A stretch of 64,000 nucleotides of DNA from Candidatus Cloacimonadales bacterium (GTDB lineage: Bacteria > Cloacimonadota > Cloacimonadia > Cloacimonadales > JAIOQZ01), in assembly GCA_963674825.1 (NCBI GenBank), contig OY771587.1, positions 1,856,001 through 1,920,000 of the forward strand, written 5' to 3'. Shown here piece by piece: positions 20,618 to 30,867 of the stretch. Both the position numbers and the translations under genes were made by a program. The notes under the pieces were generated by a model. It did not search any database and had not been told where the DNA came from. It saw nothing but the letters and a program-made list of their open reading frames with translations. Every line of letters starts with the position of its first letter. The stretch's first letter is position 1.

Positions 20618-23563
20618 CTATTTCATAAGGATCATTTTGCGCAGAGTGTTCTGTCCCGAAGCATTTAGTCGGCAGAGATAAACTCCGCTACTTACGGGAG
20701 TACCGTTTTTATCCCGACCATCCCACTCAATAGCGTGTTCACCGCCTTGGAACATTCCTTCTGCAAGTGTCGCGATCTTTTGTCCTCGGACGTTGTAGAT
20801 CACCAATTCGACATGGCTCTCCTGCGGCAAATCGAAGCGGATTGTTGTCGATGGATTGAACGGATTGGGATAGTTGCTCAGCGCGATAGACATTGGCGGT
20901 ACGGCTTCATCGCCTTCGGCCTGAATCTCGCCGAAGTCATCCATGACCATCACCATGAACTCTTCCGCTTGCTGATCGGCCATGAAGTAGAGCGGGAAAC
21001 CAAGCAGATAGAGTTTGTAGTCACCATCGAAACGAATCGCACAGGTTTGGTTTTCCCAATCGGGGTTATCCGTTGCGGAATCGTATTGATAGAGGATTTC
21101 AGCGTCGCTGTCAGGCGTAATAGCGCAAACATAAGGGAGGAGATGATTCCAGGTTGCCAGCTCTACTTTGTCCGGGTCAACAGTTAAAGCCGGATAGCCA
21201 CCGTAGGCCAGCGCTCCGGTGAAGTCGGCGGCATTTCCGAACCATGCTTCATCAATCAGGAACGCTGAGCGGAATTCGTTGTCGCTCAAGTTCTCGAGGT
21301 GTCGCCAGGAGGAAAGAAGTATATTTCCACCGGCTGAAAGGTATGCGTAAGAAGTATAGAGGTTACCGTCGAACGGGATGCTGTTGATGTCATCGCAGTA
21401 AATGACAATGGAGGAGTATTTCGCCATTTCACTAAGTGGCACAGCTCCATCCAGATTCGTATCCCACCAGGTAACGGTGTATTCTGACAGCATGTCGTGA
21501 TAGAAGGCATCGACTTCCGCGTCGGTAGGCATGGGCGATGTCTCTGGGTAATCGTCGGTCATATCGATGGCCAGGATACCTTGATCCAGCGTGAATTCCA
21601 CAGCTTCCAGCGAAATCGGGTTGGACATCGGTGTCGTATAGGTGGCATCCTCGCCGCTAACGGCGGAAATCGCGTAGTAATACGTCTGGTTCATCTCGGT
21701 CGTATCATCGATATAGACTCCTGCAGGTGCCGGAGCATTGTTGATAACATTCCAGTCCGTTCCGTTGGTGCTACGGTAGATGTAGTAGCCTGCAGAGTTC
21801 GGATCGAAGAATTCTTGCAGCGCAAGCATAACCGAGCCATCGCGATTGCGAACCGGAGCTTCAAGCTGCGGAAGTTGTTCGTCGAATCCTCCGTCGAGGA
21901 TGCGATTGACAGGATCCCATACCAGACTGTCCAGCTCAGCGCCCATGTTAAGTGTATGATAGCTGTATCCCCCCGGTGCCCATATACGGCCTTCATTGGT
22001 GTTGAGGTGATAAGGGACATAAAGGTCGAAGGGCTCGTCGGTAAGGTTGTAGGAATTCATGGCGACCTTGATGGAGTCGTTAGCGCTCGATGTGTAGTAG
22101 CAATAATCGTAAACAGGTCTGCCGGTCTGGTAGTACCACTGATCGAAATACCAGCCCAGTTCTATGCCGGCAGCTTCTTCCATGTGTGCTTCCAGATCGT
22201 CGTTGACCGCTGTTCCATAGCGCAGGTCAGGATCGCTCGTGTAGCTCGAAACACCCTCGAAGAATACTTCATCACCAAGCATGAAGCGCAGCATATGCAG
22301 CACCCACGCGCCTTTTCCGTACACTACCCAACTCAGGACATGCCCCTGACTACCGTCTGGATCACGTTCGAGCTTATCATCGAGATTATGATCGAACTGC
22401 GTCATGTGATACAGGTACATATCAAAACCGTAAAGGTACTCGGTGTAGAGCGCTTCGGAGAATGTTGCGAAGCCTTCGTTGAGCCAGATATAGGCCCAGG
22501 TATCGCAGGTGATCATGTCACCTGTCCACTGATGCGATAGCTCGTGTAAGACAGTAGAATAGTAAGAAGGATCGGCGATCGGGTCGCCGAAGGTCGTACA
22601 AGTTTGATGCTCCATCGCTCCGCCGAATTGTGGAACAACTGCGTGTCCGTATTTCTCGGCGAGGAAGGGATAGGTTCCGTATTGGGTTGAAAGGAAATCG
22701 ATCATACTGCAGATATCGCTGAACGCGGCTGACTGAACATCGTAATCCTCGGGATAGACGTAATTGGTCACCGGCATCTCTGTTCCTTCGTGCTCGTAGG
22801 TCAGCGTATTAACCGCGTAATTGGTGCAGGCTATGGAAATCAGGTATGTGGCGATAGGGTACGATTCGTGATATTTGATCGTCCTGGTGCCGTCGCCGTT
22901 ATCGGTATCGTCGGTAATGAGTCCGTTCGCTGCCAGCTTGTAATTATCCGGCATTGTGACCCATATATCGACGGAATTGGCCTTGTCGAATGGGTAATCT
23001 TTGCATGGGAACCACTGCGGGGCGCCACGTGGCTGAACGAATGTGAACGCAATCGGTTCGTTTGCGTGCGTAAAAAAGTACAATCCGCCTCCCGCTACAC
23101 CATCAATGACTGGAATTCCCTGATATTGGATACCAATCGTTACAATGTCGCCATTATTAGCTGTCTGCGGCAGGTCGACGGTGAGGCACCGATCTTCGTG
23201 CGTGTAGGTCGCAGTTTGGCCATTAACGCTGAGTCCGGTTATCTGGAGGCTGTCGTCGAAATCGAGTTCGATCGCGTTGACATTGTCTTCCACAACCATT
23301 ACTTCAACGATGTTATCCGCGACAATCGATTCGTTCTCGAAGTCGAGCGTGAGGTTGATTTTGTAATATTGGGCGTCGTAGTTATCCATGGTCCGTAAGT
23401 CGCGCGTTGTGTATTCCTGCCAGTCTCTAGCGAATTGTTGTTTGCTTTCGCAGAGCTGCATGGTGTTTTGCGCGAGACGTTTCACATCGACCGGTGGTTC
23501 GGCCGTAATTGCTATTGTTATAAGAAGAAAGATGACAATACAGATTGCTTGTGTCCTTCTCAT
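20618..23563 (-). CDS. Secreted M1-family Zn aminopeptidase with FN3-like and FlgD-Ig/Por-type C-terminal domain
   Basis: Motifs GAMEH, HELSHQW, WLNEGFA and YGKGA; C-terminal NYPNPFNP...WDG...SSGVY...RKMILMK. Confidence 0.9.
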   Translation of the reverse strand: MRRTQAICIVIFLLITIAITAEPPVDVKRLAQNTMQLCESKQQFARDWQEYTTRDLRTMDNYDAQYYKINLTLDFENESIVADNIVEVMVVEDNVNAIELDFDDSLQITGLSVNGQTATYTHEDRCLTVDLPQTANNGDIVTIGIQYQGIPVIDGVAGGGLYFFTHANEPIAFTFVQPRGAPQWFPCKDYPFDKANSVDIWVTMPDNYKLAANGLITDDTDNGDGTRTIKYHESYPIATYLISIACTNYAVNTLTYEHEGTEMPVTNYVYPEDYDVQSAAFSDICSMIDFLSTQYGTYPFLAEKYGHAVVPQFGGAMEHQTCTTFGDPIADPSYYSTVLHELSHQWTGDMITCDTWAYIWLNEGFATFSEALYTEYLYGFDMYLYHMTQFDHNLDDKLERDPDGSQGHVLSWVVYGKGAWVLHMLRFMLGDEVFFEGVSSYTSDPDLRYGTAVNDDLEAHMEEAAGIELGWYFDQWYYQTGRPVYDYCYYTSSANDSIKVAMNSYNLTDEPFDLYVPYHLNTNEGRIWAPGGYSYHTLNMGAELDSLVWDPVNRILDGGFDEQLPQLEAPVRNRDGSVMLALQEFFDPNSAGYYIYRSTNGTDWNVINNAPAPAGVYIDDTTEMNQTYYYAISAVSGEDATYTTPMSNPISLEAVEFTLDQGILAIDMTDDYPETSPMPTDAEVDAFYHDMLSEYTVTWWDTNLDGAVPLSEMAKYSSIVIYCDDINSIPFDGNLYTSYAYLSAGGNILLSSWRHLENLSDNEFRSAFLIDEAWFGNAADFTGALAYGGYPALTVDPDKVELATWNHLLPYVCAITPDSDAEILYQYDSATDNPDWENQTCAIRFDGDYKLYLLGFPLYFMADQQAEEFMVMVMDDFGEIQAEGDEAVPPMSIALSNYPNPFNPSTTIRFDLPQESHVELVIYNVRGQKIATLAEGMFQGGEHAIEWDGRDKNGTPVSSGVYLCRLNASGQNTLRKMILMK

Positions 23564-23757
23564 TGTTGCCTCCTGTGCAGTTTTTATTTCAGATTGTTAA
23601 ATTGCATTTCTCATGCCATCCCGTTCGTGATGTTACATTCGATCTTTGCTGAGTGTAAATGTCTTGATGGAAGGACATTTAGGGTTGGGAGCAAGGGGAT
23701 ATTTAAAGCGTTTGGGCTATATCAAATAGATATGGGCAGTACCAATGAGATATGGAT

Positions 23758-24207
23758 TCACGGAGTCTCGGAGCTGGATATTGTGAAGTTTGCACACTCG
23801 CGATAAAGAGGGAGTCGATCGAGCCACATCTGGTGAATCTGCTCTTCAGTCTTGTCCTTGAGCAGAGGACGGTCGGTGTCTTTGATGCGCTGCCAGATGA
23901 GGTTCCATGGCGTATCGATGAAGATAATACGATGCGCATGATTTTTCATAAACTCGCGGTTGCTCTCACGTATGACAATACCACCTCCTGTCGCGCAGAC
24001 GCCGGTTTCGGGTAGTTTCTCCAATATGGCTGATTCAAGATTGCGGAAATAATCCTCGTCTCTTCTGATCATAATCTGGGTGATACTCATGTTGTGAGCA
24101 TCCTCGATCAAGGTGTCTGTATCGAAGAAAGGCAAGCGCATGCTATCCGCCATCTTTTTGCCAAGGGTAGATTTACCGCATCCCATGAATCCGATCAGGA
24201 AGACCAT
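23758..24207 (-). CDS. aroK: Shikimate kinase
   Basis: Motifs GFMGCGKST, DTD, ATGGG, RPLL and RLPLY. Confidence 0.92.
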   Translation of the reverse strand: MVFLIGFMGCGKSTLGKKMADSMRLPFFDTDTLIEDAHNMSITQIMIRRDEDYFRNLESAILEKLPETGVCATGGGIVIRESNREFMKNHAHRIIFIDTPWNLIWQRIKDTDRPLLKDKTEEQIHQMWLDRLPLYRECANFTISSSETP

Positions 24208-24218
24208 ATAATCACTCC

Positions 24219-24247
24219 AAAAAAAAAGGGCGGTCGAAAACCGCCCT
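24219..24247 (-). terminator. Intrinsic terminator after rpsA
   Basis: Stem AGGGCGGT/ACCGCCCT followed by a U run on the minus strand. Confidence 0.8.
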
Positions 24248-24261
24248 GTATATCAGTTCAA

Positions 24262-26346
24262 TTATTCTTTTTCTTCTTCGGGTACTTCTTCTGTTGCTTC
24301 TTCTGTCTCGGGCTCTTCAACCACCTCGTCAACTACCTCTTCAATCACCTCTTCAGTAGTTTCTTCCACTTCAGACTCTTCAACCACCTCTTCGATAGTT
24401 TCATCTGCTACGGTTTCTTCATCTTCAACCTCATCGTATTGACTGGCGTCAGGATGATCTTCGTAGTCATCGTAGTGGGTAGGAGCATCATGCTCTTCGA
24501 GTATCGGGGTCTCAGTATCTTCGGTGATTTCTTCACCGTCTTCCTTGGCTTGCTTCGCGCGCTTACGGGCAGCTTTGTTTTCTTCCCGTTTTGCCGCGGC
24601 TTCTTTACGTTCCTGGATGCGAGCTTCGTGCTCACGCAGGAATTCGGCCTTCTCGTCGCGGTTTCTTCCAAAGTAGAACGCCTTTACACTGAGAATGAGA
24701 CGACGATTTTCGGTGTCGAGTTCGATAACCTTCAGCGGCAGTTCCTCACCGATATCAAACGCGAATTGAAGCTTGTCGATGCGCGGAATCGCGAGATGCG
24801 ACATGGGAACGAATCCCTCCACGACCGAGCCGTTCGCGGGAACATCCACCAGGATTCCCTTGGGGATGAGCTTGCTGATTGTACCGGAAATTTCGGTGTT
24901 AACCGGCAGCAGGTGGTCCAGGTTTTCCCATGGATCGGAGTGCATTTGCTTCACGCCGAGAGCGATACGATGCAGCGCTTTGTCGATCGAGAGCACTTTC
25001 GCTTCGATTTCCTGGCCCACGCGATAGACTTCCTTCGGATGGTAAATACGCTTGGTCCAGGAGATGTCTGAGATATGCACCAGGCCGTCGATGTCGTCTT
25101 CGATCTCGACGAATACGCCAAACGGGGTGATACTCTTGATCTTGCGAGTAATCATTGCACCGATGGGGTAGCGTTCGTCGATGGTGAGCCATGGATTGGC
25201 TTCCATCTGCTTCATGCCGAGGGAGATGCGTTGCTCTTCCTTCGATACGGAGAGGACGATCGCGTTGATCGAGTCGCCTGCTTTGACGATCTGATTCGGG
25301 TGATTGATCTTCTTGGTCCATGACATCTCGGAGACGTGTACGAGACCTTCGACACCCGGTTCCAGCTCGATGAATGCACCGTAGTTGGTGATATTGACAA
25401 CCTTACCGGAGACCTTCGTACCCTCGGGGTACTTAGCTTCGATGTTCTCCCATGGATGCGGTACAAGCTGTTTGAGTCCGAGTGAGACGCGGTCGTTGTC
25501 TTCGTCGAATCCGATCACCTTGACTTTGAGTTTATCCCCGATGTTGAGCATTTCGGAAGGATGCTTGATGCGACCGTAGGACATATCGGTGATATGAAGC
25601 AGTCCGTCGATTCCACCCAGGTCGATGAATGCGCCGTAGTCGGTGATATTTTTAACTTCACCATCCAGCTCGGCGTTGACCTGGATCTTTTCGCGCAGCT
25701 CGTCTTTTCTTTTCTCAAGGTCCTGTTCCAGAACCTGTTTGCGAGAGACGATGATGTTGCGGCGGTCTTCATCCAGCTTGATGATCTTGAATTCGCTTTC
25801 TTTGCCGATGAATTGATCCAGATTCGGAATCGGCTTGAGCGAAATCTGTGAACCGGGCAGGAAAGCTTCGAGACCCATGATCTCGGCAATCATTCCGCCC
25901 TTTACGCGACGTTTGAGCAGTCCCTTAACCGTCTGGCGGTTCTTGTACATCTCTTTGAGCTTCTCGAGATGCATGTAGAAATCTGCTTTCTTCTTGGACA
26001 GCTTCAGCTTGCCTTCACCGTCTTCGATCGCGTTGATAAACACATGGACCTTGGTGTAGCGATCCGGCAGATCGGAATTGGAAAATTCACCGATCGGGAT
26101 CGTACCTTCAGATTTGAAGCCGATATCCACAAGGACTTCTTTCTCGTTGATGTCGATGACGATACCTTCGATGATTTGGCCGGGACGTATGTTGTTGAAT
26201 GTCTCTTCATACATCTCCATCATCTTTTCTTCATCGGTCATCGGCTTCTCGGCCTTTGCCTCCGTCGAGACTGTTTCCTGTTGCGTGTCGCTCTGCTCTT
26301 GTGTTTCGACGACTTTTTCGTTTTCGTCATGGTCCAGATACATCAT
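24262..26346 (-). CDS. rpsA: 30S ribosomal protein S1 with long acidic C-terminal tail
   Basis: Six S1 repeats (DIGFKSEG, AFLPGSQ, YGAFIDLGGIDGLLH, GLVHVSEMSW and others). Confidence 0.96.
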   Translation of the reverse strand: MMYLDHDENEKVVETQEQSDTQQETVSTEAKAEKPMTDEEKMMEMYEETFNNIRPGQIIEGIVIDINEKEVLVDIGFKSEGTIPIGEFSNSDLPDRYTKVHVFINAIEDGEGKLKLSKKKADFYMHLEKLKEMYKNRQTVKGLLKRRVKGGMIAEIMGLEAFLPGSQISLKPIPNLDQFIGKESEFKIIKLDEDRRNIIVSRKQVLEQDLEKRKDELREKIQVNAELDGEVKNITDYGAFIDLGGIDGLLHITDMSYGRIKHPSEMLNIGDKLKVKVIGFDEDNDRVSLGLKQLVPHPWENIEAKYPEGTKVSGKVVNITNYGAFIELEPGVEGLVHVSEMSWTKKINHPNQIVKAGDSINAIVLSVSKEEQRISLGMKQMEANPWLTIDERYPIGAMITRKIKSITPFGVFVEIEDDIDGLVHISDISWTKRIYHPKEVYRVGQEIEAKVLSIDKALHRIALGVKQMHSDPWENLDHLLPVNTEISGTISKLIPKGILVDVPANGSVVEGFVPMSHLAIPRIDKLQFAFDIGEELPLKVIELDTENRRLILSVKAFYFGRNRDEKAEFLREHEARIQERKEAAAKREENKAARKRAKQAKEDGEEITEDTETPILEEHDAPTHYDDYEDHPDASQYDEVEDEETVADETIEEVVEESEVEETTEEVIEEVVDEVVEEPETEEATEEVPEEEKE

Positions 26347-27242
26347 TCCTCCTTGTAACCGGGGATATCTTCGACGTTTATAGCCTTCAAATCCCTTGCA
26401 CCTATATTTTCGAGTATTTTATTATAGACATCGATTATAATCCAGTCCGGCGTCGATGCACCGGCGGTTATTCCGATATGCTTCTTCTCTTCGAACCACG
26501 CTGGATCGATCTCCTGCGCAGTTTCGATGTGATACGTGTCCGCCCAGCGTCCGCTGATTAGGGCCAGCATCTTTGTGTTGGAGCTGTTCTTGCCACCGAC
26601 AACTATCATCAGATCACTATGCTTGGCAAGCTGTAGCGTCGAATCCTGACGGATATTCGTCGCGTTGCAGATCGTATTGATCAGATGGATCTCTTCGCAG
26701 TCTGGTATCGCACGACAAACCAGTTCCTGGAATTTTTCCACGGACTGGGTCGTCTGGGAGATGATCCCCAGGCGACGATACATCCTGTTCGGAAACTCGC
26801 TCGCGTTCGCTACGATTTCTGCATCACCGTTCACGTACGATTTTAGCGCGATGACCTCAGGATGCTTCGCGTCTCCAAGGATCATTACATCGAATCCTTC
26901 TCTCTTCAGCTCTTCAGCGTGCCGGAACGTTTTGGAGACGTACGGGCAGGTCGCGTCGATGATTCTGAGATTCTTCGAATGAAGAAGATCCAATGTTTCA
27001 CGTGTAACACCGTGCGAACGGATGATCACGGTAGCGCTGGAAGGGATCTCGTCCACCGAATGGACGTGGTCGATTCCGTGCTCCTTCAATTTTTCCACCA
27101 TTTGCGGATTGTGAATGATCGGCCCCAGCGTAACAATGTTATCGCTTTCGGGGGCGGCTTTCATCGCCATATTTATCGCGCGCTTCACGCCGAAGCAGAA
27201 GCCGCTGTTACGCGCAAGACGAACCTTGACTTCAGAGCGCAT
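26343..27242 (-). CDS. ispH: 4-hydroxy-3-methylbut-2-enyl diphosphate reductase
   Basis: Motifs GFCFGVKRA, IIHN, DATCP, HPEV, NTICNAT, NSSN and GITAGASTP. Confidence 0.96.
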   Translation of the reverse strand: MRSEVKVRLARNSGFCFGVKRAINMAMKAAPESDNIVTLGPIIHNPQMVEKLKEHGIDHVHSVDEIPSSATVIIRSHGVTRETLDLLHSKNLRIIDATCPYVSKTFRHAEELKREGFDVMILGDAKHPEVIALKSYVNGDAEIVANASEFPNRMYRRLGIISQTTQSVEKFQELVCRAIPDCEEIHLINTICNATNIRQDSTLQLAKHSDLMIVVGGKNSSNTKMLALISGRWADTYHIETAQEIDPAWFEEKKHIGITAGASTPDWIIIDVYNKILENIGARDLKAINVEDIPGYKEE

Positions 27243-27870
27243 TGATCCGCTCCAATATCATGCTCGACAATTCACGATAGCCCTCTTTATCGTCTGAATA
27301 GCCAGAAATTTCCTCCACCGTAATGGGCTTACCCACGATCATGCGGAGTTTGTATCTGCGGAACATGCAGCCCCACAGACGATGCGTGTTTTCAATTCGT
27401 ACCGGTATAACTGGTTTTCCTGAGCGGACAGCCACCATTCCGATACCCGGTCTCGCTTTGAATTGCTTCCGGCTACCTTCTGGAAAGATCAATACCGATC
27501 TGCCCTCATTCAGACGATCAAGAACCGTGTTCATCGAATTCCGGTCGATCATGCCACGCCGTATAGGAATTGCATTCACGTTATGGAAAATCTTGCCGAT
27601 CAACGGATTTTTAAAGATTTCACTCTTCGCAAGGTAACCGATCTCATACGGAAGCATCGAACCGATAAATGGCGGATCAGGATACGCCAGATGATTCGAG
27701 GCGATAATGGCATTCTGCGTATGCAAAAAACGTTCCCTATTTATAACTTTACCACCAAAGATTACAAAAAAGAAGAAACGCATAATCGCTTGAATCGCTG
27801 CGTAGCCAAAGCGCGGTTTTACCACCGTTGGTTGCACGTTGTTGTCGTTCACTTTGTTATCGCTTTTCAC
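27232..27870 (-). CDS. plsC: 1-acyl-sn-glycerol-3-phosphate acyltransferase
   Basis: Motifs NHLAYPD (NHxxxxD) and FPEGSR. Confidence 0.88.
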   Translation of the reverse strand: MKSDNKVNDNNVQPTVVKPRFGYAAIQAIMRFFFFVIFGGKVINRERFLHTQNAIIASNHLAYPDPPFIGSMLPYEIGYLAKSEIFKNPLIGKIFHNVNAIPIRRGMIDRNSMNTVLDRLNEGRSVLIFPEGSRKQFKARPGIGMVAVRSGKPVIPVRIENTHRLWGCMFRRYKLRMIVGKPITVEEISGYSDDKEGYRELSSMILERINAL

Positions 27871-28540
27871 AATGATCTTTTATATATTGATAAAGAACTT
27901 TTACCTGTTCCTCGATCGACAGGTTGGTCGTATCGATTGCCACGGCGTCATCAGCCTGCTTCAGCGGTGCGATTGCACGACTGCTGTCGTTCTTGTCACG
28001 CCACCGAAGTTCTTCTTCGATCTTCTCAATGGGCTCGTTCAAGCCCTTATCCTGAAGCTCTCGCCAGCGTCTTTCCGCGCGAACGCGGACATCGGCTGTC
28101 ATAAAGAACTTGAAATCGGCGTCGGGGAACACCACCGTTCCGATATCGCGTCCGTCCATGATTACGCCACCCTTCTCGCCGAGCTTGCGTTGAAGATTCA
28201 CCATCTTCTCCCGCACAATGCCGATTACCGCAATCTCCGAAGCCAGCCGGGAAATATTCTCCTGTCTGATCTCTGAGGTTACGTCAACACCATCGAGCAG
28301 CAAACGGTTTCCTTCCGGATTGTAGCGAATGTCGATCGAGATCGAATCCAGCATCCGGGTCAGGCCGTCGAGATCGTCGAACGGAATTTCACGGTTAAGG
28401 GAGCATAGCGCGCATGCGCGGTACATGGCTCCTGTATCGATATATACATATTCAAGTTTATGGGCAAGTTTCTTCGCGGTGGTACTTTTACCGGAAGAAG
28501 CAGGGCCATCTATTGCGACGATATATTTCTCTTCTATCAT
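27857..28540 (-). CDS. cmk: Cytidylate kinase
   Basis: Motifs IDGPASSGKST, DTGAMYR and DGRDIGTVV. Start placed at ATG 28540. Confidence 0.95.
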   Translation of the reverse strand: MIEEKYIVAIDGPASSGKSTTAKKLAHKLEYVYIDTGAMYRACALCSLNREIPFDDLDGLTRMLDSISIDIRYNPEGNRLLLDGVDVTSEIRQENISRLASEIAVIGIVREKMVNLQRKLGEKGGVIMDGRDIGTVVFPDADFKFFMTADVRVRAERRWRELQDKGLNEPIEKIEEELRWRDKNDSSRAIAPLKQADDAVAIDTTNLSIEEQVKVLYQYIKDHCEKR

Positions 28541-29260
28541 ACCTATTTTTCCAGTAAAAATCAAATTGATTTCCTCGAAAATATTCGTCAATATTTTTTT
28601 ATAATCGATTGCAAAAAGATTTCTTACATACACTCCACCTCAATGATGATGCAATGCGTTCTTGTTTCTATGAGCGGATTTCATCAGTAGGCCAGTTCTG
28701 AAAAAAAATCGCTCTTCTCGTGTCGGTTTTCAATAATACTGTTTAAAGCTCTTAAGGTTTCTGTAATTGGTTTCTGCAGGGGTTGTTGAAATTGAGGTAT
28801 GCGTATGAAGAGAAATCGTGTCTTTGGAAATATCCGCGAAATGAGCTTGCTAGATTATCAAATAAGGGTTCGAGGCTGTATACTGCTTCGCTAAGAAGGA
28901 AAGAATGAACACGCAAAGCAATTTTATCACTACCATGCTAATCACAGTAATCTCCTTAGCCTGTTTTACGCAGGAAAATCCATACCGGGAGGGGTTGATA
29001 TGCCCACCGTGATAATGGAGCTGATGTTTCAGATTGGTAACCTGATAAAGCTGAATATATGTGCTATGAGGATAAGGATGGACAACGGGAAAACTTATCC
29101 AGATGATTCTATTGAGTGTTAATCGTAGCGACAATATTGACTCACTTGGTGATTTCATCGCTTTTCTTCGTATAACTGTCGTTCCGCAAAGCATGCATAT
29201 CATCCTATTCTCGGATATATAGGTTCCATTTGTGCCTTTTGCTAAAATGAAAAATGGGAT

Positions 29261-30496
29261 TTATGCTTGATCACCAAGAAATTTAGATTGCATGCCATAA
29301 GCGGCCAGTAGCGTGAATATGGGTAAAATCGGCAAGCAATAACGCATATAGGCATGAAGCAATCCGTAGAAAATCCACACGGCGAGAACTACGGCCAGAA
29401 TACTATAGTGTATAGGATTCCAGCTCCTTCTGCCTTTCAACAGGATAAACCAGAGAAGAATGAACTGGATAAGGCTAATATAGAATTCCGCCTGTATGGA
29501 TGACAGGGTAAAGAAAAATATCATACCGAAGAATACCTTGTAGAAGATGACTTCCGGGTACTCCTTGAAAAAGCGCATGATCGAGACCATGTTCGACGGA
29601 TGATCGGCTTCGTGGTTAGGCATCCAGTAGCTTTCGTAGAAATCGTATGCTCTGTATTGTGCGGAGATAAGCTCTCCGGGTTGATCGTAGGGCAAGCTGT
29701 CAACGGAGGCGCGTGAGCCTTTGGAAAACTCGAAGTGCTCGACGATCATCTTGATCATATAGCCGTCAATAATGAACATTCTGCTGAAGCGGCTGTGGTT
29801 GTGCTCGGGATTGGAATTGAGCTTGGTGAATGAAACATAACCGACAGCGCTTGAAAAAATGAGTACGAGTGTAAGGATTAATACAGAAAGATTCCGCTTC
29901 CAGAGCCCGTAAAGGGCAAAAGGTAGCGGCATGAGAACCAGGATTGGTTTAAAATTACATGTGATAACCGTAATGACCAGGATTGCGAGATAATGATACC
30001 ACTTACGATTTGCGAGCGCGAGGATAATCTCCAATGTGAGTGCAGCTACAAATGGCATCATGAAGAAGTCTGGAACTGATTGCCCACTCCAGTGCAGGAA
30101 TGGAATATTGGCTATGAGAAGGAATACGCCGAGTAGAAATCGGCGGCTATTCAGCTTGAGTTGCCAGGCAATCAGGTACATTAGAAGTACAGTCAGAGCT
30201 GCGAAAATGATCTTGGTAAACATGTAAATGTAAATATGCAAGCTTTCAGGAAAGAAGTGGTGTGGATAAAACACAAGAATCGACATGAAGCCCACGCCGT
30301 AATTGAAGAAATTTCCTGTTTCGAGCTGCTTCACGGCTGCTGCGCGATAGGTTATGATATCGCCTTTGAAAGTGAAGCTCTGGTAGTCCTTATGTTTATA
30401 CTGACAATACGCATAAGTCGCTGTGTAATATAGCGCATAATATAAAACAATTGCTGTAACTGCAATAATCAATGCTCGTCGGGTAGGCCCCATCAT
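29261..30496 (-). CDS. Polytopic membrane protein, possibly a GT-C (ArnT/PMT-like) glycosyltransferase
   Basis: Many TM segments; N-terminal loop GDIITY; late RYCLPILP motif. Confidence 0.55.
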   Translation of the reverse strand: MMGPTRRALIIAVTAIVLYYALYYTATYAYCQYKHKDYQSFTFKGDIITYRAAAVKQLETGNFFNYGVGFMSILVFYPHHFFPESLHIYIYMFTKIIFAALTVLLMYLIAWQLKLNSRRFLLGVFLLIANIPFLHWSGQSVPDFFMMPFVAALTLEIILALANRKWYHYLAILVITVITCNFKPILVLMPLPFALYGLWKRNLSVLILTLVLIFSSAVGYVSFTKLNSNPEHNHSRFSRMFIIDGYMIKMIVEHFEFSKGSRASVDSLPYDQPGELISAQYRAYDFYESYWMPNHEADHPSNMVSIMRFFKEYPEVIFYKVFFGMIFFFTLSSIQAEFYISLIQFILLWFILLKGRRSWNPIHYSILAVVLAVWIFYGLLHAYMRYCLPILPIFTLLAAYGMQSKFLGDQA

Positions 30497-30661
30497 ATTT
30501 CTCCGTTCTGTGATTCGAAACAGCAGAGATACAGGTAGCTGAAGAATGGAATAATACTTTACCTGTAATATTGCCGATTAATATAATTTCTTTTAAAAGG
30601 AACGACGGAAGTGTCAAGTCATTTTTATCAAGCTGATAATGCGTGAGGTTGATTCAAATAA

Positions 30662-30752
30662 TGGCGGAGATGTAGGGATTCGAACCCTAGACCCAGTTTC
30701 CCGGGCACACGATTTCCAATCGTGCTCCTTAAGCCAGCTCGGACACATCTCC
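30662..30752 (-). tRNA. tRNA-Ser(GGA)
   Basis: GGAGATG acceptor stem; anticodon arm CACGA-TTGGAAA-TCGTG; long variable arm; GGTTCGAATCC T-arm; encoded CCA. Confidence 0.96.
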
Positions 30753-30867
30753 GCTTAGGTGATGCAACAAAAATCAGACGGTTTTTTTTGTAAACGATTT
30801 TTTTCAGCTTGTTGAAACAAGCAAAGAGATCTGGTCCAGCTCGACGCAATCAGCAGGGATAACTCAA

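Noticed and set aside
21497..22540. Long antisense ORFs (also 24094-25071 and 61883-62917)
   Set aside because: They are shadows of well-supported genes on the opposite strand.
26343..26346. Broken IspH-S1 fusion
   Set aside because: Both genes are complete, with an ATGA overlap and an AGGAGG SD for rpsA; this is ordinary translational coupling.
28850..29203. 117-aa minus-strand ORF
   Set aside because: No recognisable motif or convincing SD; unsupported.
28541..30661. Island integrated at tRNA-Ser
   Set aside because: The region is somewhat AT-rich, but I found no duplicated tRNA 3' end and no integrase.
30628..30849. 73-aa ORF
   Set aside because: It overlaps tRNA-Ser on the same strand; spurious.
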